Assembly: GCA_004022145.1 (NCBI GenBank)
Contig: RCNU01000001.1
Reading direction: 5' to 3' (one strand)
DNA: 64,000 nucleotides
Origin: Paecilomyces variotii
Lineage: Eukaryota
The notes under the pieces: model-generated
What the model saw: only the letters and a program-made list of their open reading frames with translations
Told to the model about the DNA's origin: nothing
Database searches by the model: none
Position numbers and translations under genes: made by a program
In this document: positions 52,587 to 64,000 of the stretch, piece after piece
Layout: the number at the start of each line of letters is the position of its first letter
Numbering within the stretch: the first letter of the stretch is position 1

Positions 52587-53168
52587 TGCGAGGACTGGGT
52601 TGTGATTTGGGATTTGGACGAGTTTCGTTGCAGATTCATATGATCCTTAATGAGGGAGCTAGCGTGATTTTGACAAGAACAGGAACAGTATCAAGGTCTT
52701 GGGGTTGATGTTGCGGGTAGTTAAGACTGGAGTGAGGTGGTTACTTAAGAGCTTTAACGCGTTTCACATTGCTCTCCGAGTTGCACTCAGTCCATCCAGC
52801 TTAGAGCACCAGCTGTCCCACCAGATTGAACGCCCAGATAAATACAGACTCCTCATGCTGCTCAGATTCAGCTTACGGGATTCTTGTTCAGCAGGGGACA
52901 GCTCTTGGACGCTTCTGGCTCGTAAACGTGTAGAGACCCCGCGTCAAAACTGCACAATGCGCCGTCCGGCGGGCCGTAATTGGATTTTAAGTCCTTCGAA
53001 TCTTTCAACTCGACTCGAGATTGATAATCCGGGCTCCTCCACTTCCGTTGAAGGATGGCACAGCGGGACTGATCTTTTGCCAATCTCACTGGTGTCTGTC
53101 AATCCCGGCTATCGATAGTCGACCAGATGCTGGGGGCCTTTAGATGATGGATTCTTGATCTCTCAAAT

Positions 53169-55211
53169 ATGGACTCCGGCGGCACGCCCGTTCCTCCTCT
53201 CGATGATGCCCTGCCCCAGATCCGTGATTTACCCCAGCTATCCAGTCTTCGTATCGCTCCCCTTCGACAGCCAGTCTCTTCTCGTACGCTAAGCGTACCC
53301 TCTCCGCTTGAACCCAGCGCCGGTGGAATTCGCGAACCCAATATATCCAAGGCCAATTCCAGTGGGAATCCACCGGCCAAACTTCCGACCCTGGAGGAGT
53401 TTTTGAACGCTGCCCGCACTAATACACTCGTTGATACTTCTTTTGATTCAATTTCTAGCCTGGAGCCTCCCCCAAAGACTATCTTGCCTGCTTTCATCAA
53501 CCTTCGCACTGTGGAAAGACTTCCGTATCCTCCTGCCTTCGATGAAGATGGTTCTCGTAAACGTCCTCGTCTCGATGTCCAAGGGGAGATGTTTGTCGAC
53601 CACCTTCAACTGCCGATTCCTCATGCCCAAAACGAGAAGAAACCACCTCCGTTTGGTCCGTTCGCTATCCTAAATGGACTGAACGAGCCTCCGCCAAATG
53701 CCGCCCTCTTTCCTCCGATCGAACCTGGATCCATATCGCAGATTCTGACGAAGCCCACGAATCACGGTCTCCAATCTGACACAGCCAATACTCATCCGCA
53801 GATCGACAGTCAAAAACATCAAGAGGGAAGGAGAGAGGGCAGACTGGAAGAGATTCTCGATTCTAGGGTGAGCATCGACGAGGGAGTAAGATACAGGAAT
53901 ACGAACCCGACATCCGAGAAGCGCGCAGAAGATGGAGAAAATAGAAACCAAGAAAACAAAGAAACCAGCACCGAGAATTCCGAGAAACCTGCCGATGATA
54001 GTGATGAGCCCATGTCGCCCAAGACCAGAGGTCGTTCGCGGAAAAAGCTGCGCAAATGGACAGAACAAGAAACGAATGACCTGCTAAGAGGTGTGGTCAA
54101 ATGTGGCATTGGCAACTGGACTACCATATTGGCGCAGCCTGAGTTGAAGTTCAACAAAAGGTCTGCGGCCAATTTGAAAGACAGGTACAGACATTCGAAA
54201 ATCAGCATGCTTGAGCATTTCGACTAAAGTTTTGTATAGGTTTCGTGTCTGTTGTCCCTGGGCGTACGGGTTGGTCTATATTATCCATTTCTGTGATACC
54301 AGCAGCTAACCTTTCGCAGCGCTGCCGATCCAAATGAAGCAACTAAGCAGCTTCAAACCACTCTCGCGAACGCCCTCCTCAAGGCCGAGTCCCAGGGCAA
54401 GGATGGTACTGCTGGGAAGATTCTCCTTCCAGATCCACGACCATCCAAGGCCGGGGCTGATTCAACTACGTCTGCTGGAGGCCCATCAGTCAACATAACA
54501 ACGTCTCCTAGCGGTCCTTCGACTCCCGAGGTAGATGCAGCAGGCTTCAAGTTTCGTACCAAATACCCGCCGACCTTCAAAGCGACCCCTACTCTTTCCA
54601 ACAAATCTAAATCAACGCTTGTGTCTCTTGGAATCCCTGAGCCTTACTTCACGATTAAGTCGAAGAGGCGGTCGCGCAGACCCTTTACTCCTGCAGAGGA
54701 TGAGGCCTTGCTAAAGGGATATGCTGTGCATGGCTTCCAGTGGACTCTGATCCAGCAAGATAAACATTTGAATCTGAGCCACCGGAAGGCCACCGATTTG
54801 CGTGACCGTTTCAGAACCAAATTTCCCAATGCTTATCGTGAGGGCGGTTCCGTCAGTGGAAAGACCTTCAACACCCAAGCAAGAGCCGCTCCATCTACTA
54901 ATCTCGGTGAACCGGGGAAGGATTTCCAGCCCGTGCCTAGACAACCTCCAGTGCCCAATTCCGCAAACTCCAATCTCACTGACAGAAATCGCAAACCGAG
55001 TGCTATTGACAACGGCAACATGCTGGGGCCTATAGATCCAGCCTTGCTACCGCCAGCTCCACCTCTAGGCCTACCTGAGGCTCAAACAAATGTCCCCCAT
55101 CCAAATGCTTTCCCGTTCCCGCTGGACGAGAACACATCGGGCGCCTCAAACAGCGAGACTCCCTGGGAGGACAACACGCTGCCACCCTTGGTCTGGGATG
55201 AGCTCCCGTGA
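53169..55211 (+). CDS. Two-Myb/SANT (telobox-type) DNA-binding protein, TRF/Teb1/Tay1-like; two introns near 54186-54320
   Basis: RKWTEQETNDLLRGVVKCGIGNWTTIL..NLKDR|FR and RPFTPAEDEALLKGYAVHGFQWTLI..DLRDRFR. Confidence 0.88.
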
Positions 55212-56002
55212 AGTTCAACTTTCCCAGGCGAGGCGCTCCTTCGCTTCTGGCCTCTGTTCTTCCTCTTCTTCCCATTCACCTTTGAAAAACACCCACTCCT
55301 CCAGGGACCTTACCTTTTTCTTTTTTTTCTTTTTGCTTTCGTTTTTTTCGGGCTCTTCGTGTGCCAGAAAACTAACGTTATCTGTTTGGTTGACCTATAC
55401 CCCGCAGCACACGTCGGCACTGATTTCTATAGAAAAACTTCACTTCTCACCACCCCATTTTCTTGGCTATTCTTCTTTCAATCTTTACTATCCCGGCGTT
55501 TTCATGCTGGGTATAGGGAATCTTAGAATTACATTCTTTTTACATTTCTCTGCAAGACAAGGACACACAGTAGACCACATTCCACATGACTACGGAACAT
55601 AGGAAGGGGCTTCAGATAGATCTTGGAAGCGACTTTTGTCTAAAATTATCACGTGAAATCCCTACACCAGGTGGAATCAAGAAAAAAACAAAATACAATA
55701 AACGGAGTATGAGTAACATGAACAGCTAGGCTAACGACAAGCAATCATTAATGCCAACTCGCTCAGGAAAAAACAAAAGCCAAAAGCCAAAAGCCGCATG
55801 ATGTGGAATCTGAAAGCTGCAAAAGATTACAGAAAAGGCAAGCAGAGCAAAAAAGCGAGCATAGGGTCTCAACTCATTAATGTAGCCGACGCCTTTTGGA
55901 GTTCATGCAACAATCGAAAGTTTGAAGACTTGATTCATCAACTGGGTAAGGAATGGACAAGGTCATTAGTCGGAGATGCCGGTGCAGGGTTGACGTAACT
56001 CA

Positions 56003-56678
56003 TCACCATGCGTTGCGGTCCCAGTTCGGGTCTATCATATCTGTCAGCCATCATCCCTCTTTGTAGAGACGCGGAAGCCAAAATCATAGAAACCAAGTAG
56101 AACACACGTACCCTGCACGAAACTAGCCAGTACTTTGCTCCCTGTCTGTAGCAAAGGGTGTCCAACAACAATCTGCAAGAAGCGCTGCAGTCCCTCGCGT
56201 CTGTGTTCGATCACATCGTCGCTGAACCGGTTGGTGAACACCTTGCCAGGCAGAGGAGGAATGGTCACCCGCGCGCTTTCCCGCTCGAGGATGTCCCGGA
56301 AGTGCTCGAAGTCAGAGTAGCGGCGGCGGACGACAGAGTGCTTGAGCTTGAAGGCGGGAATGTTGGTGCGGCAGACGATCTCGTAGGAGGTGTACATGTT
56401 GCGGGAAGTGCCATGAGTCTGGGGGTTGCGGACCTGTTCATGATTGATGATTTAGCTTGGTCTATAGAGTACATAGAGTGATATACAACGGATCCCCCCC
56501 CATTGGACATAGAATGGCAGAAAAACGTGGGAAAGAGACAGAAAACGAGGAATCCGGGATATACGAATCGAAGCAATGGGAGAGAAGTGGGAGTACGCAC
56601 CTCGATCTCGAGGAAGTTCTCCGGTGGGGCATAGATCTCCTCGAAGGTTTGCTGACGAGGTTCTGGAATGGCCTGCAT
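56003..56678 (-). CDS. SNX3: Sorting nexin-3 (PX domain); introns 56434-56600 and 56032-56111
   Basis: [30 protein letters not shown]...[19 protein letters not shown]...[11 protein letters not shown]. Confidence 0.96.
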
Positions 56679-58119
56679 GGTGACTTTATGTGTCTGTCTC
56701 TTCTCTACAATTGCGGTTTCCTTGCCGGTGTGTAGTTTGCGATCCCGGATACTTCGCAGGTAGGTAATGTAGCTGACGATGCGATGAAGCGGGGCAGCTT
56801 TGGTTCCTGGGGCACGCGAGGTTGTTTTTGGTGGTATGGATCGCGCGTTTCGAGGGCCACAGTACGCCACAGCTCGTGTATTATTATGTTAGGCGACTGA
56901 AGTGGAATTGCAGCTGGAGTAGATAGATTGGAGAGGAGCAATCTAGGTGGTCATCTGAGCAAGTTCCATGATCTTCAATCGACTTGACGCTCTGCGATTC
57001 CGCCGTGGGGTCTTCGGAGGTCCGCCGGCGGATTGTTGTTCCGGAGATTGCTCTCTTATCGCGATCCTGCGGGTATGAAGTTGCTGTGTGAGACTCTATA
57101 ATCCTCTGGATTGCTGCGAGGGACGTGATTATAGGAATGATTTAGTTTATAATACGGAATCGGTTTTCTCATGGTTTTTGGTATGTACATACATACATGT
57201 GCAAGAGAGAATGTCAGAAAGAGAGCGGCTAGGGACTCACAATTCCATGTCATCGACCTTTGAATGCGGATAGTGGAATATCAAATCAAGACTAGATACA
57301 TACATACAATGATCTTTTTAAATGAGATGTCTAGCGCTTATGCTTAAGGAAACTGGAGTAATAGTCTTGGCGGGTGATGGAAAACTGGGGAAACGCAGCA
57401 GCTGGAAGCCACTTGATATATGTCTCCTCCGACTAGCCAGAGAAAAACGTCGTTACTACCACTCTCCAGGAAACTACGATATAAATGCCAAGTAATAGTA
57501 GATTGGGATCTCATTTGAGCCCGTACTAAGCACGATAGTCCTGTGTGATAGAAATGTTGTCGCGCCCTGGCAGCAATAATATATAAATTTCGACCGAGGT
57601 TCCACGGGCTTAGCTCGCTCTCAGGAGCGGTGTAAGATGATCGACGTTTTACTGACCATGTCCCTTGTGGTTGCTGTTTTGGGCTCTGAGGAGTAGATAT
57701 TATTCTCCTCCATCACTAGAGTATCACCACCATGAAAACTATAGGACCAGTAATTTAGAAAACACATTTGTTATAATTAATTCTGCCAGTGGCTGAGTTG
57801 AGTAATCAGTCCGTAAACATCCGCTGTGCCGGGGATAGGAGATAAAGCCGGAACCGCAACGAGATGACATAAGGCGCCTCGGAGTTAGTTAACTGAGTTG
57901 GTTAAGTTAACTGAACTACTCTTAACTAACTTAACTATCGATAAGCAAGTATTATTATGGTAACTGGAGAGCTTTCAACCGCCATCTCTGCCAGCCAATT
58001 GAAGCTCCACCACGCCTCGACCATCCTCTTCCCTATCTGCCGGTCGGACGCAACCCCGGAGACTAGGCCAGACAACTGTCGCAGGCGTTCCCCGTATCAG
58101 GCTTCCCACTTAAAACATT

Positions 58120-60483
58120 ATGAGTTCCCCCGCCCCAGGCTCCGGACAGCGATCGACATGGGATGATAACCCGGATGGATACCCGGGTAGCAGCGAGCCA
58201 GACCGAGACGAGGATGAGGACATGGACTATGAGCCTGAATCAGAGCGCTCGGAAGACATAGAATATTTTGACGACGCAGAGAGCCACGAAGGCGACGAAG
58301 CTATTAGACAGGGCCTATTCGGTACGCAGATCCCGGAAGACGGATTCTGAACTGTACAATGTATCAAGCTGACAACCGATGAACATATATCTAGATGATG
58401 ACGACGGTGGCGGCTTGAGTAATATCCAGATCGAGTTCACCATGGATGATTCTGAGCATGAAGGAGAGGGCCAGGAGGGCACACAGCGGGGGACCAGAGG
58501 TAGGCGATATCCCGCAGGTAGAGTCTAGCACGTCGAACGCTGACGCTGATGATTGATAGTCACGTCGGCGCAGATTCTGCAGGTGCTGGGTGCGAATGGT
58601 CTCCGACGAATTTTACAGAGCCACGGCCTTCTCGGACCTGGAATTGATGATGAAGATGACGACGACGACGAGTATGGAGTGCAAATGCATTACGGTTTTG
58701 GTTTTGGGCGTCGGAGAAGGCGCAGGCAAGGCCCTCCGGAGGAGGTGTATCCGAAGGTCCCTAGCGAGGTGGGCAGAGAGCTCATGATGTCTGGCCATTA
58801 TGGAAACAATCCGGATTACGTTGATGACCTGAAGAAACGCAAGAAGAGGTTAGCAACAAAGCTGATGTGGAGGGAGCTCGGCATTGAGCCTGGTCGTGCC
58901 CAGAGGCGAACAACTCAGTCGATATTCCAGGTCGGTTGTCTCACCTCCCATGCGAAAGGCTCGACGCTTACATCGAGTGTAGGACATGATCCCGGGAACC
59001 GTCACAGACAAGATCATACACTTCGATTCGCGGTCTTATTCAGGACAGTTTTCTGACGATGGCAACTTCTTCTTTTGCTGCTCGCAAGACTTTAAGGTTC
59101 GGATGTACGATACGTCCAACATCTTCGACTGGAAGTACTATAAGACGGTGGATTACCCATTTGGACAGTGGACGATTACGGATGCGAGCTTGAGCCCGGA
59201 CAACAAGTACTTGGCATACAGTTCGATCCGCCATCTCGTCTGTCTAGCACCTACAGATCCTGGTGACCAGTCCGACCCTATCCTGCTGGATTTCTCCAAT
59301 CCTCGACGAAGAGCTGGTGGCTTCTACGGGGACTCACATTTCGGTGTATGTATTCTTTTCCAGTCTAACTGATGATTTGCTCACGCTTGCATAGATATGG
59401 TCTATCCGATTCTCAGGTGATGGACGTGAGATAGTGGCCGGTACTTCCGGCGGATCTGTCATTGTTTACGACATTGAGAGGAGAGAACCGACACTCAGGC
59501 TGAACAATCACCAAAATGATGTCAACGCTGTGTGTTTTGGTGACTCTTCGTCTCCGCATATTCTCTACTCTGGTTCGGATGACACCACGCTGCGGGTGTG
59601 GGATCGACGTTCCATGGGCGACGGACGCGAGGCGGGAGTCTTCATGGGCCACACCGAAGGACTGACTTATGTTGATACTAAAGGCGACGGCCGTTACGTC
59701 TTGTCTAACGGCAAGGATCAGATGATGAAACTCTGGGACTTAAGGAAGATGATGACCACGTCTAAATTCGACCAGATTGATCCCGAGGCATACACAACAG
59801 GCTTTGACTATAGGTTCATGGCCTATCCGGAAGACTATTATCAGCCGCATCCGCACGATTGCTCTGTTGTGACGTTCCGCGGGCACCGCGTGCTTAAGAC
59901 TCTCATCCGCTGTCATTTCTCTCCGCCTGGAAGCACGAATTCCCGATATGTATATACTGGTAGTGAGGATGGCAAGATCTACGTGTACAACTTGGATGCA
60001 ACCCTGGCTGGAACAATCGACGTCGGTCGAGCCACGCTCAACTCGCGTCCGCGAGATGCTGATATCTATGCTGCTGCATATGACCTACGGGGCCATAACA
60101 GTGAGATGCTCTGGAAGACTTGTGTGAGAGACGCAAGTTGGCATCCCACCGCCCCTATGATTGCTGGTATGTTTTCGCTTCCGTTCCATGACCCTCACCG
60201 TCTGTATATCCCTCTGACTCAACAAACAGCAACATCGTGGAACGGTTGGGGCATGTCGACCGGTACTTGTACCATGCATTCCTGGAACGACGGTGCCGCG
60301 GAAGACGAAGGCGACCCTCCACCCGGGAAGAGCTACGACAGCAGACTCAACAGTATTCCGTCTTTCAATCGCTACTCCGAAAATAGCCGCAATCCTGGTG
60401 TGAGAAGTCGTCCAGTCCATCGAGAGCCGAGATATGATCCGCACTATGATCCCATGGACGACCTCGATGCAGCATGGGGCTGA
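58120..60483 (+). CDS. WD40-repeat protein, DCAF11/WDR23/LEC14B-like; several introns
   Basis: YSGQFSDDG, WTITDASLSPD, SGSDDTTLRVWDRR, GHTEGLTYVD, KLWDLRKM, GHRVLKTLIRCHFSP; acidic N-terminus. Confidence 0.9.
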
Positions 60484-60994
60484 ATTTCTGTATATGAATT
60501 GTACCGTATATTCGAGGGAGGGGTATGTGGCTTTGGGAATTGGATTCTGAATGAGATACCTAGCATATAGCGAAATTCATGGAAATGTCCAAGTAATACC
60601 TGACGGCTATGGCTGGAATAGCTTGCGAAAGGAAATCGCTCAAATTAGGAGACCGATTATATCAAGGTATACAAGTCGGATGGATGCATCACGCGACGTT
60701 TTTCATCCTTCTCAGCAAACGACAAAATAAAACATAAGGTATCTATACAAGTCAAGGTGTACTCCAAGTCGTCCAGAGCGACCGTCTGATAACGGCTACC
60801 TCGAGATCGCCAGCCCAGTCCTGGTGCCGCAGTTTGGCTAACGTCAGGTTCCCCAGGCGCAAAATATGTTCCTCGCTCCCACTCTAGAGCGCAACCGCGG
60901 TCGAAACGCTCCTGAAGCCCCATAGTCCAATTGTTCTCCCAGTAGGCGCCCCCGATTATCCCTCTTTTCCGTCGTGTTCATCGTTCGAATTTAA

Positions 60995-61453
60995 TCATGC
61001 AGCTCCGACGAGGATGTTGTTGATAGGGATGTGTACTGGCAACCTCCGTCAGTCCCTGTCCCAGAGCCCACGCGACACTGTTTGATTTGAGTCACTTACT
61101 CAACTTGATGAAGTAGCCGATCGCGCCCTATTTCACTGTTAGATTGAGATTCCGCGAATATTATACGATCGAGAACACCAACCATAATGAGGAAGCCCAT
61201 GCCAACGGCCTGACCGGGAATTCTTTCGTTAGTTGGGTGTCTTCTGTTGATGTCTCCTTTAAAGGGACTGTGGTACCTGGCTGATCTTGATGAATTCACG
61301 CTTGTCGGCTAGAGATACATGTTAGAATGGGAACACTATTTCATTGACAACTCAGAGAAAGTCCATACGTTTGGTGCATCTGTGGACAAACTGCATGCCA
61401 TCCCGGACAAAGTCCCTGGGGATATCGGCGAGCTCCTGGAATGTGTCGGACAT
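60995..61453 (-). CDS. SSS1: Sec61 translocon gamma subunit, 70 aa; exons 61453-61369, 61308-61277, 61209-61183, 61127-61100, 61035-60995
   Basis: Spliced translation MSDTFQELADIPRDFVRDGMQFVHRCTKPDKREFIKISQAVGMGFLIMGAIGYFIKLIHIPINNILVGAA*; four GT-AG introns; exon lengths sum to 213 nt. Confidence 0.96.
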
Positions 61454-62589
61454 GGCTGCGGTGTTGTGATTGAAAAGGAATTAAGAGCGTAGAACAGAAA
61501 AGGTAGCTTATCTGAAGGAGAGAGAGAAGAAAGAAAGCAAATGCAGACAGGTCCCGACGCGAGAAACAGAACGAGAAATGAGAGATAGCCTGGAAATCTG
61601 GAGATCTGGCGTTGGACCGTCCGAGCACTCGTAAAGGACGAGCTGGCCAGATGGGGATGGACCATTTGGGTTTAGGGGCAGCCGGCCGGAGTTACGGTGC
61701 CGCCGCTCCGGAGCTGCTCCACAAGCTTGCCTTCGCGACTCCAGCTCTCGTCCTTCATCTGCATCTCCATCAGGTCGCAAAGGCGTTTTCTGGGGAAGAC
61801 CATTGTATCATCTTGTTGCTTCTCAGCCTCTTGTCCCCCGGGTCTTTATCTTCTGCACGTCGTCTGCTATCTGGCTATCTTCTCATCCGCTGCGTCACAG
61901 TGCTGCAGGACAGATCAGGGGATACAGTTCCGAACGGAGTTTCTGCACGCTTGGGAGGTGGAAAAGCGCAGACTGGAAATCGGACTCATTGCTAACATCC
62001 CTGTTGTTTTTTCTTTACTATCCCATCAGAAATCTTGTCAGACTGGTCTCTAGCCGGGTGTGTTTAACTCTGTCGCCCTTACCTGCCTAGGGGCAGGAGA
62101 GCTCGAGCGGTGCCGCATCTTTGTGGAATAAATCTTCTCTCTTCGTCTCATCAAGACTTCCAATACCACCTGTATTTGCCATCAAAGGCAGTCGGGTCGC
62201 ATCTCCATTACAGAAAAGCAATCACATCGCGGATTGGCGAAGTATAGTCTGTTCCTTTTGGGGCCTTCGGTCCGGATTGTACGTATTTTCTGGTCTTTGT
62301 CGTCTTGCTATTGCTTTTTTCTCTCTTCCCTGTCCCAAGTCTTTCTACAATTCGACTTGCATGGGTTTTCAAAGCAATGAATTGTTTTTAGCCCCCCCTG
62401 CTCTGGATATCAACTGAAGCTATGTGATGTCACCGCAATTTCTCTGGTGCTAATGATGGCGTGTGCCGGCAGACATGTACTCTCCTTGAATCATCGAGAA
62501 ACAAAGAAGAAAAAGAAGAAAGTCTCTGTGTATAACACAATCAAGCAATCAATCATTCCCATTGCGAATCACGTCCACCCCTAACCACA

Positions 62590-63891
62590 ATGGCCGCTGA
62601 GGATGATAACTTTGACATTGATATCTATGGTGACGGAGGTAGTTACAATGCCAATGAACAGGGGGACTACAAGCAGGAGGACCAAGAACTGATCTTGGAC
62701 GCCCCCACCAACAACCAGGGCGGTGCCCAAAACGAAGAAGGCGCTAGAGACGCCAAAGACAGTAGCGGAGACAACCAGGCCAACGGTAACGGAAATGCCA
62801 CAAACATGGAAGGAATCAATCAAGACACAGGCAATCCTCCACAGCAGACACCTACCCCACAGCAAGGTCAGAAGCGAAAGGAGAGTTCAGACGAGCGGCC
62901 CATGGATCATGACGCTACCACAGCTCTGTTTATCTCTGATCTCTTCTGGTGGACGACAGACGATGACATTCGAGGATGGGTCAACCAGGCCGGCGCTGAG
63001 GAAGAGCTGAAGGATGTAACTTTCAGCGAACACAAGGTCAACGGGAAGAGCAAAGGGTAAGGACAAACTCATGCAAGGACAGCAAGATTTAGACGCTAAA
63101 CGTGTAACTGTACAGACAAGCCTTCGTCGAATTTCATACTCCTCAGGCCTCTTCAGCTGTCAAGCATCAGATCGAGAATTACGCCGCAAATGGACAGACT
63201 GGAAGAAAACACACTGTTACCTATGCAAACCCTCACACAAACCCATTCCGCACATTGCCAAAGGACGCCCCCATGCGTAAGGACGAGCGCGCGCGGTCAG
63301 GATCCGGGTTCAACTCTCCGAACCAGAACATGAACTTTGGCATGAACAACATGGGTGGAGGGTTCCGTGGCGGTCGTGGAGGGTTCAACCGAGGAGGCAT
63401 GGGTAACAACATGGGCTATGCCAACCGGAACTTCGGCGGCCCCATGGGTGGCTTTCAGGGTCCTATGGGCGGAGGTTTCCAGACCCCTATGGGCGGCATG
63501 CAGAACTATGGTGGATTCAACCGCGGAGGCATGATGGGTGGCATGCGTGGCGGACCTGGGGGGATGCGAGGTCGTGGAGGTGGTGGTATGGCTGGTCCCA
63601 ACATGATGGGCATGCCTAATATGGGACCTATGGCTGGAATGGGTATGAATCCCATGGCTGGCGGTATGAACCCTATGATGGGTGGTATGGGTGGAAACAT
63701 GGGCATGCAAGGTAAGTCAATTGCCGGCGACGATTCCCCAACGTCGACCGATGGCTAACAAGCGCCCGTTATTTCAAGGTGGTTTCCAGACTCCTAATGG
63801 TCCTTTCAATCCAGGTTTCTTCCCTCAGAACCAGGGCGTCGGAGACGGCTCCTGGAACCCGCATGGTGCTAAACGGACCCGACAGGAGTAG
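62590..63891 (+). CDS. RRM + RGG/Met-Gly-Asn low-complexity protein, CFIm68/CPSF6-like (Rbp35-type); introns 63057-63115 and 63712-63778
   Basis: ALFISDLFWWTTDDDI..FSEHKVNGKSKG|QAFVEF resembles the CPSF6/7 RRM; RGG repeats follow. Confidence 0.88.
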
Positions 63892-64000
63892 ATGATTTCC
63901 CGTCTGGGTATTGCTTTTCTTATCAGATCGATCATATCGGTTATTGCCATCTGGGCGTCCAGAAAGATGTCTCCCAGACTTGGTTGCTTTGGCTCCTCTT

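Noticed and set aside
55774-55796. (CAAAAGC)x3 tandem repeat in the SNX3 3' region
   Set aside because: Ordinary short tandem repeat.

Overview
Genomic DNA of a filamentous ascomycete (gene content, short GT..CTRAY..YAG introns and protein sequences look Aspergillus/Eurotiales-like). Left core block: REV3 (5' end outside the window), a convergent SAD-1/RrpB-type RNA-dependent RNA polymerase, a coiled-coil protein, DLD1, HOM2 and RPS4. It is interrupted at about 11-19 kb by an accessory stretch holding a putatively myristoylated pseudo-GTPase/coiled-coil/ankyrin gene and decayed gene relics. A divergent RasGEF-like gene follows. Positions 34371-49678 are a very AT-rich, RIP-destroyed nest of two chromodomain Ty3/gypsy retrotransposons: a 7520-bp element (432-bp LTRs, GGCAG TSD) inside a ~7.8-kb element (126-bp LTRs, CTCCC TSD). 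Right core block: a small membrane protein, a two-Myb TRF/Teb1-like protein, SNX3, a WD40 DCAF11-like protein, SSS1 (absent from the ORF track) and a CFIm68/Rbp35-like RRM protein. The best candidates for undescribed biology are RNA structures in introns. (1) A predicted 336-nt 5'-UTR intron of HOM2 has a U1-like segment beside the branch point that can pair with its own 5' splice site, enclosing three hairpins. (2) RPS4 intron 3 has an ~84-nt hairpin between the normal donor and a second consensus donor whose use would expose a premature stop. All splicing and pairing calls were made by eye and have no transcript or folding-software support.
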